64,000 bases of DNA from Antedon mediterranea. Lineage: Eukaryota; Animalia; Echinodermata. Shown here in pieces: positions 12,789-27,700 of this stretch (positions are counted from its first letter, which is position 1; each line of letters opens with the position of its first letter). The notes under the pieces are model-generated. The model did not search any database. It had not been told where the DNA came from and saw only the letters and a program-made list of their open reading frames with translations. A program made the position numbers and the translations under genes. Where the stretch lies: contig NC_092673.1 in NCBI RefSeq assembly GCF_964355755.1, forward strand, positions 9,734,001 to 9,798,000, in the 5' to 3' direction.

Positions 12789-15700
12789 GTAAGTAACGTT
12801 TACAGTAAGTAGTTTATGGGGATACAGAATTTAGTAGGCCTATGGTTTATCATAACTTTTGATGACTAACACTTTACTATTATAGTTTGTTTACTTTTGT
12901 TTCTCAAACTTAACATTCGATTTAAAAATATGAATGCTAACTAAATATGTCGGTTTAACTTTATATAATATACTGTACAGTATGATCTACTCTAGGCCTA
13001 GCTAGCCTAGTGCTACTACTCGCGGATACCCGACTACTATACTGTACTTTTGAATTACCACCTACTAAAATTGTCTATAAATGTAGACCTATATTAGGAC
13101 CCCTATATTATACTTGCTAGTTTAGACATAATTTAAGGTGACTATTAATATTATTACTTTACCAAAAAAACTCTTGCACAGTTCATTCGGAATATACTAG
13201 GCTATGGTATTTATGTGGGGCTCCTTTGACCCAAAATACTTTTAATTTAGTTAGAAGCATAAAACTTGGTATGGAAACTTGTATAAAAAATATTAAAAGA
13301 TTTAGGCCATTTAAAATGCGTTTAAAATTTGACCTCAGCTAATGTCTGATTTCTCAGATCTCGTAAACATGAAAATAGCAGTTTAAATAAAGTTAATTCA
13401 CTTCCACAGGAAAAAAAAGAACAACTAAATAATTGCTTTCCCATCCCATTTAAACATTATGTATATTTAACACAAGGTTCTCACCAGCATGTCATGTGTG
13501 GGTTACTCCGCTAGCCCATGCATTTCATAAGGTCTGGAAAAAATTGCAGTTGTAAACAATCCTAAGATTTTCTTTTTGTGAGGTAACAAGGTGTGCAAAA
13601 TTAATGAGTACATTTTGACTGATGGAGGACCAAGTTGTAAATTACTCGAAAGCATTATAAATAAATACTATTTTTGATTGTACGTATCGTTTTCTTCTTA
13701 CATGTTTTTTATCTACTCGACGTGAATATAAATAGAAATTTCCCATGGTAGAGGCACGATGGCACTTACTTCATGGTGAACCTCAATTAACTAGTATGTA
13801 GGCTAGGCCAACTTCTAAAAATAATATAGCAAACGTCCAGTCGATTCAGAAACGATGCCGACAACAAAAGATCGTTAAAATTCTAAATATATTATCAGAA
13901 CGTCGATCGTGCAGACCTAGACATTTTTTTTGTCATATGGCAGGCCTGGAAACACAACGAAGATCGTGTACAGATTTTGTGTCGCATGACATGAAACGTG
14001 AAACTCTCTCTAAATTTACTGTTACCACCCACCACATGTCGCACATGTTTGTTTTCACTCACAATTCTGGTCGGCGTTTGAGGGGCCGCCGGGTAGCTAC
14101 CGAATACTAGGCTAGGGCCATTTTCTTTACACAGTCACATGTCGTAATAATTTAATAGGCCTACAGTATGTTAAATCTTAACATGGAATATATTGATTTT
14201 GCATATATTTTTTTTATGTTGACGTCGGTGTATTTATAATTTGCTAAGCCAAGGTAGGATTAACCCATTGACCCCATAAGTTTATTTTGCTCCCCTGGGA
14301 CCTAAAAAGCATATGTTACATAATTAACTCTAAATTTTTTTAAAAATTAAAAAAGAAAAATAATGCAAAGGACATTTATTTTCAAATACAGTATTTGGCG
14401 GAGTATGGATTATGCCAATTTGTAATTTATCTTTGGCTACCAAATGCACAAAAATTAATAAATATTTCATAATAAAACTCATCTCTTCATCAGAACCTAT
14501 TTCTTCTCTTCAAAATAAGGCCAAACTTGACCATTATGAAAGACCGGTCTCGAAATTATGAAGAAATTAGTAGACGGACTCATCTGACAATGACATATGG
14601 GGCCTAGGCTTATCGGTAGGTGCCGCCCCGAGAGCATCGTCGCCGCTGTTTGTTCACCGGGAATGTTGAAAAAAACATCCCTAAAGCGACTTGGAATTCT
14701 GCATTCTCACACGCACTGGCATCTATCGGGAGCGTCGGGGAACATTTTCGTCAGTGTTAGATCGTGTCTCTACGTTCGTTATACATCGTGGGAAATTTAT
14801 ATTTATATTCGCCGTTGAGTAGGTAAACACGCACGAAGGAAAATATTACGATTAAAAAATATTATTTATTTTTTAGTAATTTACAACTTGGTCCTTCTCC
14901 AGTTAAATTTAACACATTAATTTCACACCTTACATGTACTTCACTAAGAACATCGTAGGGTTGTTTATTTAAGTTACGAACTCCCTACGAAGTTCAGAAC
15001 ATAGCTCATTAAAAGTTTTTTATTGAGGTTACGAAGCCAAACAATGGAACTTATGAAGCCAACAACGTAGCCTACGTTCGGTAACGGGACGATTCGGCAC
15101 ACTTAAATTTATCGGCTTTGATATGCATTTATAAGCATAAAATAAGCTTTTTTCCCCAAACTTTATTTTCAGAGAGACTATGGGATAGTACTACTAGGGA
15201 TAAAGGTGCAATAAAGCAAACATTTTGAAAACATTGTCGAAAATGATAATTTTTTAGTCATGCAAACGATGTAAACAAGGTACGCCCTCTGTTGGCCGCT
15301 TGGCGAATGCACGAAATAAACAAGGTTTTCGAAGTAATAAATTGAATATAGAATTATGTTTTTTTAGTAATTATATATATTATATCAAGATTGCCAATAT
15401 CAATAAATACGGATTGTTAAACACCTTTAAAAACTGGATAAATACCAAAAAAATGAATATGAATTTGGTCTAAAGTGAGACGTTTCGCCCAAAAAGTGGA
15501 CCGAATTGTCCCTGAATCCTACATTCTATCTACGAAGCTACTTCGTAGGTAAAGTTGCAGTATTTTCTTTCTGTACTGTAACCCCTGTATTGTATACAAG
15601 CTTCAAAATAGTGATTATTACAAATAAAGATGGATTTTAGACGATTTTACGTTGTATGTTTAGGCCTAGTTCATTCAATGCGCCTGTCGCGTTTCAAATG

Positions 15701-18700
15701 GCGTGCTTCGAAAAACCTTAACGGTTATATTTTCGAATTATATTTTCAAACTAACTTCAACAATTGTTTTTATATATTTACTGTATGAAGCATATTTAAA
15801 AAAAAAAAGTTGTGAGTATTTTGTATAATTTATTGTCACGATTCATGCACATCTAACTGCGCATGTAAATTCGCTTTACTTTTTTTTTTTTACACTTTGT
15901 TTACAATGACCTTGACTTTTAACCTCATGAGCGCTTTAAACGCTTATCGTGGTGAATCGGGTAAATAAATAGCGTAAGCCTAACTGCCGAAACTTGACTC
16001 GACTCCGATGTCGATTCAGCCAACGATGTCGTCTCGTCCATCTAAATTAGGCTAACCAGTGCATTGGGCGGCTACAGTAGTACAGTACTAAACAGTATTC
16101 ATGGGTCTAACCACTTATACTTATGGCAAAAAACATAAGAGGGTACTGGCACGTTTGGAAACGATATATTGTAGGCCTATGGCATTGGTTTGTTATTTTC
16201 TAAATCGACGGGTATTGCTAAACACCGCAAATTTCCGCAAACCTCCAAAAAAACATAGCAAACCCCACCGAACCAACATAAAAGTGATTGAATCATGTAG
16301 TGTACAACCCACTGGGTATATCAATGTAAAAAAAAATTAAATTTCTACTGTTAACAACTTATTTTTGGGGTAAAACATCATTTTTTGGTCAAAAATGATT
16401 GCTAAACCCCACAAACCTCCAAAAAACCATAGCAAACTCCACCGAACCAACATAAAAGTGATTGAATAATGTAGTGTACGACCCACTGGGTATATAAATT
16501 ATTAAATTTCTACTGTTAACTACTTTTTTGGGGATAAAACATCATTTTTTGGTTAAAAATTAGCAATCATTTTTGACCAAAAAATGAGTAGAAATTTAAT
16601 ATTTTTTTGACATGGATATACCCAGTGGGTTGTACACTACAGGATTCAATCACTTTTATGTTGGTTCGATGGGGTTTGCTATGTTTTTTTGGAGGTTTAC
16701 GGGGTTTAGCAATACCCAAATCGACTGCATTTGCCTTTCAAGTACAAATTTCTGAGATGGTTGGATTACATTTATTTAAAAAAATTTAAGATAACAAACA
16801 GCATAATAATGAAAAGGAATGATTTCCTTTTTTACATAAATACTAAAGGTCAACACAGTAAATATTATCAGATCTATTATTTTTAAATAACTCCTATAGT
16901 ATTGAGTTAAATGCATAAGTGTCTATTAAACATGATTAGAAAGTAGTACAGTACCGACCAGACCTACCTCCCAGTTTTGGATGCGTCCGATGCATCATAA
17001 ATTCGTTGAGATTTCTTCAATGATGCGTCAATACAAGTCCCATTTCATCCTAACATTTTCATTTCTACGCATTCATGTCTCCATTATTGTGTACAAATAT
17101 TTTCGATCATGTCGAAACAACAATCTCTATTTATCCTCTCAAGCACAATAAAGACGTCATGAATCCCCATTGTTGGATGAAAACTGTACTTATTTTGGAA
17201 TACAGCCTCCCTTCCCAAAAATGCAAGGCCTATTTCATCCTAACATTGTTATTTCGATGCATTCACATCTCTCGTTATTGTGTACAAATATTTTAGATCG
17301 TGTCGAAATAACAATGTCTATTCATCATTTCAAGCACAATAAAACTGTCATCAAAGCCCATTCATTCAGGGAAAAAATGGCAAAATGTTTTCTACTCTCT
17401 AGGATTTATCAGATAATCTATATTGGTTTGACTACTCTTGTAGTGTAACATGACCACAGTGCTGATTTTGCCATTTTTCCTTAACTGCATTGTATTCAGA
17501 TTCAGATTCAGATAATATTTATTTAGATAATAATGAATGAATATATACAAAATAGAAACAGGGCATCACGTATGCAAAACCCAGGAGAGCAACAAATCGC
17601 TCTCCTCAAATCACCGAGGAGAGCAATTCGCTCTCCTTGCAAAAATTTTAAATCGTACACATTTCCCCCCCCCCCCCCCCGCCGGGCACAACAAATGTAT
17701 ACTGTCTGTACCTCTCCCCTAAAATCCCCCACACCCACCTTTACACACAATATTTTCCGTGGGGATCGTATTATTCTACAGTACAAAAAACTCAAGCCAA
17801 TTTTTTTTTTTATGGTCTGCCTGGGTAGATTGGGTTTCAGGAGCCTGGAGAATCCTGTCCTGGCCAACTATATGCCTTTAGCCTAGCTTTTCTAGCCTAG
17901 CTTGTTGGCCTAGAAATCAGACAGAAAACCTGAAAAGTATTTACCTGCAATTCATAAATTATACAATTCTAACATGCAACAGCCATTAAAATATTGATAA
18001 TAAGTTACAAAGTGTCATTTTAAAATAATTAAGAAAGATATTTGATCGTGTTTACATGTGTCACACATGGGCGCACGCACAATAGGGGGAGGGCTGAGAG
18101 AGCTTCTAGAAGATGCTGACGTCACACATCAGCACGTGTTTTGAGGAGGATTTGAGTGACCAAAATTGGTTAGAACTTTCGAAGAAATAATCCATCTTCA
18201 AAATGACATAATTAAAGCAACCAGCAGCTAAGCTTTTTTAAATAATAAACATTATATTTAGGCCTCCTATATTAATGTTTCCTTTTAAAATTAAATATAT
18301 TTTATTAACTCGTTCCATAAAAACATAAAGGGAAAAATTATTGGTTGGGACATGATCTTCCTGTAAAGGAGGTGTTTCTATGACACCGTACTGGTTGCAC
18401 TATGAGGCGATGAAGTAAACTCGCCCTTGAATGCGCGCAGGCAGGGGAATCCCCTTTGTTGGTACCTCGCACTGTACTGTGAGATGGAGCGCGATGAATT
18501 GCTCTCCTTTTCGAAGGTTGTTGATTGCGATCGCGCTCGCGATCCTTAAAAACGAGGGACTGCCATTAGGCTTGTAGCTTTATAACTTAGCTTATATACT
18601 ATTAGCCTAGGCCTAGATTGGTTTTAACTTTTAAAAATCCACGTGTTTTTAGGCCTCTTGACAGAAAAATCAACACTGTCAAAAGCTAGGCTCTATTTTG

Positions 18701-21700
18701 AAAATTAGGGAGCGCGATAAATTGCTCTCCTCGAAGCCTGTTGAGGAGCGCGGAGGAGCGCGGTCGCGCAGGCGCTCCTTATAAATGATGCCCTGTAGAA
18801 AAAAGATATTAAAGTGAACATAGATAAAGCAGTAATTGGTAGTCATTATTATCATGGATCCCTTCTAGAAGTTAAAAACTTGTCTCGTAGGGACCCATAA
18901 CAAAACACATTACTAAAAAAATAAAAATAACCTAGAATATATAATTATATAATTTAGGATAAAAAATTACAGTATAATAACATAACTAACATCTTCTTTA
19001 TAAAAATTATTTAAATTATATTTCAATAGTTTCATGATAATTATAAATGAAATAACTACCGATATTGGTAAATGAAAAAAAAATATGTATACATAAATTA
19101 TAATTCCAGTATATATATAGTATATACTATATATACATTATATATAGTATAGATTAAAGATTGCAATAATAAACAACAACTAATATTTTGTGTAAGACAT
19201 AAATAGTATATGAGTATAAATAATGATAATAAGCATATTAACTAAGCAGTATAATATTTAGATATATAATGATTCTTTAACTTTTTTCGGAAAGTAAATA
19301 ATGATATTGACGTTTTGATATTTGGTGGGATATGATTCCACAAATTAGGACCTGATATAGTTATAAAAAATTTAGTTTTTGTAAGTCTAGCAAAAGGAAT
19401 GTTTAAATGAGAAGTTCTTAAATTGTAATTGTGAAATTTGGTACGTTTACAGAGCATATCAATCATAGAAATAGGAAGTTGGTTTTTAAAATAATTAAAC
19501 ATAAAACTGGCAACTTGAACATTGTGGATATCCGTTAATTTTAATATACCAAGACGTTTAAAAAGGGGTTCAGATGAGGTTCTATATGGTGAAAAAGTAA
19601 TAAGTAATTCAATGAAAACTTTACTTATTTTGAAATACAACCTGCCTACCCAACACCTAATCACATAAAGTCTACAAATATTACAATTCCGATGGCCAAC
19701 TAATAACAACATAATCAGTATACAGTAGTTATATCTAGCCCTACAGTACAGTACTGGCTAGGCCTACAGTAGTATATTCCCATTTCCAAATGATTCTGTA
19801 TTAGAAAACTCCACTTTATTCTAACAATTCACTGTTATGGTCATAGATTCCTGTATTCAAAACCCATGTCAACATGGTGGAACCTGTGAAGTAGAAGATA
19901 ACTCTGTCCGGTGTCGGTAAGTAAATTATTACTATTTCTGTTGTTTACTACTTTATTTTTAGGGTAAAATTAATTGCTAAACCCTGCAAACCTCCAAAAA
20001 AAGCAGAGCAAACCCCATCAAACCAACATAGAAATTACTGAATGTTGTAGTGTACTGCACATTTGATGTCAATTTTTTTTTGATTAATTTTTTTTGTTAA
20101 CTACTTATTTTTGGGGTAAAAATCATCACAGCCAGAGCAAACGAGTATTGCTAAACCCCGCAAACCTCCAAAAAAACATAGCAAACCCCACCGAACCAAC
20201 ATAAAAGTGATTGAATCATGTATTGTACAACCCACTCGGTATATCAATGTAAAAAAAATAATTAAATTTCTACTGTTAACAACTTACTTTTGGGGTAAAA
20301 CATTATTTTTTGGTCAAAAAAGGAGGTTTGCGGTGTTTAGCAATACCCCTTTAACAATGCGTTAAATGCGTTCAAAATCTGCAATAATTCTGTCCAGTAC
20401 TGTATTACTGTAGTTAAATATTAGTTTTACTTCTTTGTTCTCTTACACAGATGTCCGTCTATGTATGTTGGAGAATTCTGTGACTTTGTTAATCCCTGCC
20501 ACAATCATATTTGTCAACATGGAGCTATATGTGAAGTGGAGCTCAGTACAACAGGGGCACAGCGTAGTTGCATTTGTCCTCTTGGGTATGAGGGGGAAAT
20601 TTGTGACATTCCTTTAGATAATATTTGTCGGCGTGAAGAGCCATGTTTACATCGTGGAAATTGTCAACTGACAACATCTTTAGAACATTTTTTTTGTGAA
20701 TGTGCTTTTGGATATACAGGTATGTTTACAATAGAATAGAAACCTATTTTTTACATCTTTTACAGTACAGAAAGAAAATACTGCTTTGTAGTTTATGCGT
20801 CATAGGTCATTGTTCATAGCCTAATATGTATTGTTATGATAATTATCTATGCCTTGAGGGTGGTTCATAGAGTTACTCAACACCATTGTCGTCGCCTTTA
20901 GAAGCATTGACAATGCACACAAACATGTATTATTCGCTAATTAAAATCCTATCTAAGGCTAGAAGACATCAATTTTTGTAGCCGCCCTACGATTTGGTTA
21001 TCCTAATTTGGCCGGACGTCTGCCGACGAGTCGACATTGTGCATGTGGGCCTCAGCTCAGAGCATATGAGAGATTAAAAGTGACATTACAATTTCTGAAT
21101 GTACCGTATATTTCGGTGTACAAGTCGCACCTGTGTATAAGACGCACCCCCTAACTGAGAGTAAAATATCGGTATTTTTTATATCGTCGATGTATAAGAC
21201 GCAATTTTTTTAAAAAAATGTAATCAATATTATTGTAATAATATATTGTTATATCTACAACGGAGTCCTTTATTTAGGGTTTTTCTTACCTAGGCTCGGC
21301 CGCGCCCAGCCTCAACAAGTTCTTTCTAACTTGTTATTCATGAGTTTCGCACCCGCAACATCAAGTGCATGCCCGTGTGTGTAACACGCACGTGTGTGGG
21401 CTAGCCTCGCTCGATCATTTCGAGGGGGCGCACGTTTTCACGGACAATCGTATTCGATTAGTATCTATGTATCCGTGAAGTGTATACGCTAGGTCCATGC
21501 TATAATCAGCTAGAGAATATACTATTCGAATACGATAGACCATGTGGCCGCCAAGAAGGGCTTGCGCTGGTGGTACGGCGGTCGGCGATCGTGTGTATAA
21601 CTACTGTATAAATAATAATACTAGGCCTAGGCCTATTCCAATCGTAAACGTTTACAAATGAAATTTTATCGGAGCGCCTAAAACAGCTCCATAATGAACA

Positions 21701-24700
21701 AATCTTTTCATCATATTTAGTATAACATCACGCTAAAATGCCTTGAAAACTAGGCAGAAGCAGGTTGCCGTTACGTTAGTACACTGCAGCTAGGCTAGGC
21801 CTAGCCAATGAGGTGACGATATGTAGGCTACAATCTGTGTGGTGTGAGGCATAATGTTTGGTGTATAAGATTAATTTAGAGGTCAAATTTGCCTGTCAAA
21901 AGTGTGACTTATACACCGAAATATACGTTGTTTGAATTGGCCTACTATGCTGTGAAAAAACCCAATATTTTCATACAAGTGTAGACAGCCGCTGTTTAGC
22001 TCGCTGTATACTATGCATAGTCTAGTAAAGTAGGCGGAAATGGTACTCTCGCACGTAACATTCATGTTGAGTGACACCTCTAGTTTGTCTGGAATACGCG
22101 ATAAGAAAATTTTTTTGTGTTCAATACAAACGTCAGGGAGAAGTCCCCGATGAAATAAAACTAGTTTTCCGGCCAACAACTGTAGTTGGCCGGAAAGGAC
22201 ACTTCATAGCCCGCTAGCAAACAGCACGATCGTAGCCTACCCTACTTTTTCCGCCGCTAAACATACGCAATAAGAAACATTTTTTGCGTTCATTACGAAC
22301 GTCAAGGGGAAGTCCCCGATGAAATAAAACTATAGGCCTACTCATCAGTAGGACAACTCTGTAGTTGGCCGGAAAGGACACTTCATAGCGTGCTAGCAAA
22401 CAGCACGATCGTAATCTACTTTTCCGCCGGTAAACATAGGCCTACGCGATAAAAAAACATTTTTTGCGTTCATTACGAACGTCAAGGAGAAGTCCCCAAT
22501 GAAACAAAAATATTCCTACTCATCAGTAGGTCAACTGTAGTTCAACGACGTTGTTAAAACAAGATTTTCGATGATCTGTCGGCTGGATTATTGAGGTGGG
22601 TACGATGAAATATAAATATAATATACTTCCAACGATCGTCGGGTTGAGGTGTGGGTTTAACTTTGGTACTAAAAGTGGACACCCCTAATTTTACACGTAT
22701 AATGGAGTACACCATGCAGGAACGCACATGGTATTTTCTTATCAGAGGGTGCGTGTACGTCAAAAGGAATTGTTTTTCCAACGATCCGATCCTTCGCGTA
22801 CTACACGACGTCGTGTGTGAAATTTCGTATCAGAGGGTACGTGTGCGTCAAATAGAATTGTTTTCCCAATGCATTGAACTGCGTGTGTTCGACCGGATCG
22901 GCGGCGGGGAGGATAGGCTAGGCTAGCTAGGAGTGCGTGTAATTTTTTTTCATCGAAGGCGGCTAGCTCGATTATTGAGGTGTGGTGGTGCGACTTTAAT
23001 ACTTTCAGTAACCGCCGATCGAGGAACGTTTTTAGCTTGATTATTAAAAGTGTACACCCCTGTATTTTAATGTACTATCTATACCATGATTTACCACGCA
23101 CGCCGGCCGGGATGATATTGTTTTGGTTACACAATGTTCGATGTTTTGTTTACTGTTTGTGTATTAATAAATGCGTTTAGGGAAATCCCCTTGCAACGAA
23201 GACAGGCGATAGTTTTGCGTCGAGTCGTGTAAACAAATCTTCTTGACATTATTTTCTATCTAATTCAGTGGTACTCACGGCCAACGCAAAAAAAAAACCC
23301 GCAGTAGTGGCCGTGGGTGCTGTTCATTTTCGAGGGCATTGAGGCCAACTGGGAGGGCCGCGGTAAAATTCGAGGCCTGTACGTTACCGACGAAAGAGTA
23401 AATCCCACCGATCCATAGAGAGTCGATTCAGTGTGATATTGAAAATATCATTGATACTTATTTTTTAATACACATAACATTTTTACAAGAAAAACAATAC
23501 AATCAATCACTGTTTTATTTACAATATACAAGTTACCGTATTTGAGACGATTCAGACAACAGCCAATACTAGAGATCGAAAGAGAGTGGTTAGCGAATTA
23601 TAAAAACAACGACACCTAGGCTAGGACACCAACAAAATATATGCAAAATAAATATATATTCCATATTAAGATTTAACATACATAATAGGCCTTTTAAAAT
23701 GATAAAGGCCCGACCAGAATTTGGAGGGGAAAAAACATGTGAGCTGAGCAGTTTAGAGAGAGTATTATGTTTCATGTCATGTGACACAAAATCCAGGTAC
23801 ACGATCTTAATTAACTGTTTTATCGTCATCAGACGGTAGCCACCCTCTCGTGCTCGTACTGAGTAAAAAAAAACATGTGAGAGATTGCGGTAAGCAGAGA
23901 GTATCGCGTTTCATGCCATGTGACCAAAAAAACTAGGTCTGTATTAATTATGGTCTTCTTCTGTTGGCAGTCTTTTTGAATGAATTGTTTATGATCTTTT
24001 TTTCTCGGCATCGTTTCTGGATGGGACTGGACGTTCGCTATATTATGTTTATTAGTTAGCCTGTTCGTTGCGGTTCACCTGTGTTGGATCGTGTCTCTCT
24101 CTACGTTATACATCGTGGGAAATTTATATTCGCCGTTGAGTAGGTAAACACGCACGAAGGAAAAGATTACGATTAAAAAATATTATTTAATTTATTTTTT
24201 ATTAATTTACAACTTTGTCCTCCGCCAGTTAAATTTAACACATTGATTTCACACCTTCACTAAGAACATCGTAGGGTTGTTTATTTAGGTTACGAACTCC
24301 CTACGAAGTTCAGAACGTAGCTCATTGAAAGTTGTTTATTGAGGTTACGAAGCCAAACAATGGAACCTACGAAGCCAACAACGTAGCCTACGTTCTATCT
24401 ACGAAGCTACTTCGTAGGTAAAGTTGCAGTATTTTCTTTCTGTACTGTAGTCTATGTCGCTATTATACATATTCAAGCATTTTATAACATATTTTGTTAT
24501 TCAATTTTATATAGACATTTCAAAATTCATAATTGTTCCATCCGCAACATTTTAATAGTAGTTTTATGGTGTTTTTTACATTTCAATTAAAAGTTTTGAT
24601 ACCAATTAAATATTTTATTTTCTCCTTTTATAAACTATATGCAATACATTATAAACACATTTTTTGAAACTTTTGTGAAAATATCATATTCAAAAATATA

Positions 24701-27700
24701 TTGTTGACATTTTTCGTAGGAACATTTTTGTTAAGGACGGGACATATCATTTAAATCCTTTACATTTCATTCATCTTGTTAGCATTTTCCCCCATAAATA
24801 TACTTTAACTTTTTATTTCTCACTAAGTTCCAATTGTTCATAATCAAGTATTTTATTAAAATTGTTTATTAATTTCATACTTGCATTTCAAAATTCATAA
24901 TTGTTACTTCTTAGACATTTCAAATGTTTTTTTTTTCCTCGCTTGTGTTTATTAAAGTAATGGCTCCAAAATTGTTAATCTTCTCCTAAGGATATTAAAT
25001 TGCAATAGATTAAAAAAAAAATTTGAACTTGTATATTTTATTTAAAAAAAACCATTACTATCAAAATTTATTAAATGTTACGAATGGGACAATTTTTTAT
25101 TTAAGGATGGGATGGCATTATTTTAAGAATTAAAAAGTGTTTTTGTACTGTGGGCTGGTAAGTACTGTACAAAGGTGTTACTGTTGTTTATTAATCTGTT
25201 CTGTAATTAAAATTACAATCCACAAAAGAACAATACCAGACCTAAATCCAAAACAACATGACCAGTATGAATGGGAGTATTGGGTGCGGTCATCACTTAT
25301 GTAGATTTCATTCTTTATTTATTTCAGATACTAAATAATTAAGATAGAATTTTAATAGAAGTAGGCCTAAAGTATATAAAATCCAAGCAAGGATAGATTA
25401 CTGTAGAAGAAAATTTTAGATGAAAGAACAATGGCGTGGTTAGCTCTTGGTTAGCTCAAACACAAAGGGCGTTGGTCTAAGGTCAAATCACGTCCGACGT
25501 GAACATAAAAATGTAGCATATTGAAAGTCGTTTATTGTACACTAGGTTACAAAGCCAAACAATGTAACCTACAAAGTCAACAACGTGGCCTACATTTAAT
25601 CTACGAAGCCAGCTCATAGGAAAAGTTGCAGTATTTTCTTTCTGTACTGTATTTTTACTTAGGTTTGTAATAATATGGTAATAATTTGTTTAGCAATATC
25701 CAATGTTGGAAATGTTACTTTAAATATTAATTTTATGTCTGTTTTTTTGTAAAAGGTATGTTATGTAATGAGACGGACTACTGTGCCATTGGACAATGTT
25801 TAAATGGTGCAACATGTCATACAAATCAAAATGGTTATACATGTCAATGTGCTAGTGGATTTACAGGATCAAATTGCCAAATTGACATAGATGAGTGTAG
25901 CCAGCATTTGAACCTTTGTCAGAATGGTGGAACATGTCTTAATAACCCTGGATCTTATGAGTGTACATGCGCCCAAGGATATAGGGGAACCCACTGTGAC
26001 CATATATTTGTGCCTTGTGCAATCTCTCCCTGTAAGAATGGAGGAGAATGTGAACGCCTTGATGCTTTCTCAGAAGCATGTATCTGTGACACAGGTATGT
26101 AAAATAACTGTATAAAATTTCACTTTTTTTTTATTTGCTCAGTTGTTGCCCATCCGCCAATCATCTCCATGCCTTGTTTACAATAAATCAGTTTAGAGTT
26201 TGTTTGTTTGTTCACTTCCCACAGTAGAAATGTTTCAGGCCAGGATAATTTTAATTTAAATTTGTGTTTAATCAAATAGGGATTTATTATATGCCCCTAT
26301 TACAGTAATAGGCTAAAAAATGAATCTAGCGGGACAAAATTGTAGGCAAAGGTTTTTCAGTGTTAAATGAATGTATATGTTATCCTGATCACGTACAACA
26401 AATCAACCCTCCATCACCCATCGCCTTCATATGCAAATGAGCATAAATATGCAAATTAGTTATAAAACCCATATTATCACGATGTGGTCAGGACAACATA
26501 CATTCATTTGAAACTGAAAAAAACACCTTTGCCTACAATTTTGTCCTAGTTCACCATATTTTTTAGCTAGATTCAGTAGCCTATAAAATGCTAATTATCT
26601 TAACTTAGGCCTGATGGAAATCAACAATGAATTTTATATCGGTGGTGCGAGCCAAAGCATAGGCCACCTTTCCATAACGTTACATGCTATGTTCTTGAAT
26701 TTGAATTTCAAGTACCTTCTCATTTGTGTCCTTTTCAGTTAAGAACCTTCTATTTTACGAACAGCATTCGAACGATGATTTCATCAGACAATTAACAATA
26801 AATAACATAATTTTTTCATAAAACAAAAATTTGTCTGGCCTAGGCTGATTTAAGCCTTTTTCACTGTCGACGTAACGCTACGGCGAGTTGCGTTGAATTT
26901 TCAAAGCATTAAAGTTGAAAATACAATAACGATACCGATGATCGAGCTGGACCGCTAATAGTTTTTATGCGATCATTAATGGTTTCTTTTTTGCGTTGCT
27001 GGGACACACAGATGTGAAGTATTGCAAAACCAAGACTGGTCATGCGCAGCCAGGCCCGCATGAAAATTGATAAAGTTACAGGTTTTAATGCTTCAACCCA
27101 GCCTTGGACATGCTTTTGCTAATATCTTAATCTAGGCTTATATATATTCGACCCTAAAAGTTGGTGTTGTAAAAATGTACCTATTTTTTCACAAACTGCA
27201 ATGACGTAAATTTGTGAACCATTTGATTGGTCAGTTTTAACGATTGTAATGTTAAAATTGAACTCGGTTCAACTTCAACGATTGCACATTCATGTAAAAT
27301 CATTGAATCCTGTCAATTCAACGCAACTCAACGTAACTCAGTGATCGACAGTAAAACAAGCTTTAGTAGGCCTACAGTACAGTAGTGCCTAGTGGCCAAG
27401 GCATCCCAGCAGATGTTATTAAAGAAATCATGGGGTCAATTGGCCATCATGAACATGCAAAGGCTAGCTACAATCGTCATACTGTGAATTTAGCTACCCA
27501 CTGTACATAAAAAATGTAGGGTTCCTTGGGTTAGAAGCATGGACAATGCACATTAACAATTTAATGTACTGTTCTGTACAGAGAGTATCATGTTTCATGC
27601 CATGTGACTAACAAAATAATATTATATTTTGAGTAATTTACAACTTGGTCCTCTGAGAGTTGTTTAGGATTGTTTATTGAGTGTACTGAAGCCACTAACC

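Larger units (their letters stand above)
20763..24447. mobile_element. Tc1/mariner-like non-autonomous element with nested insertions
   Basis: TA|CAGTACAGAAAGAAAATACTGC...GCAGTATTTTCTTTCTGTACTG|TA; further right ends near 15578, 25649 and 28358. Confidence 0.75.

Noticed and set aside
14925-14950. TACATGTA as another insertion footprint relative to the copy near 24250
   Set aside because: The 10-nt difference could equally be a microhomology deletion in the other copy; direction cannot be determined.
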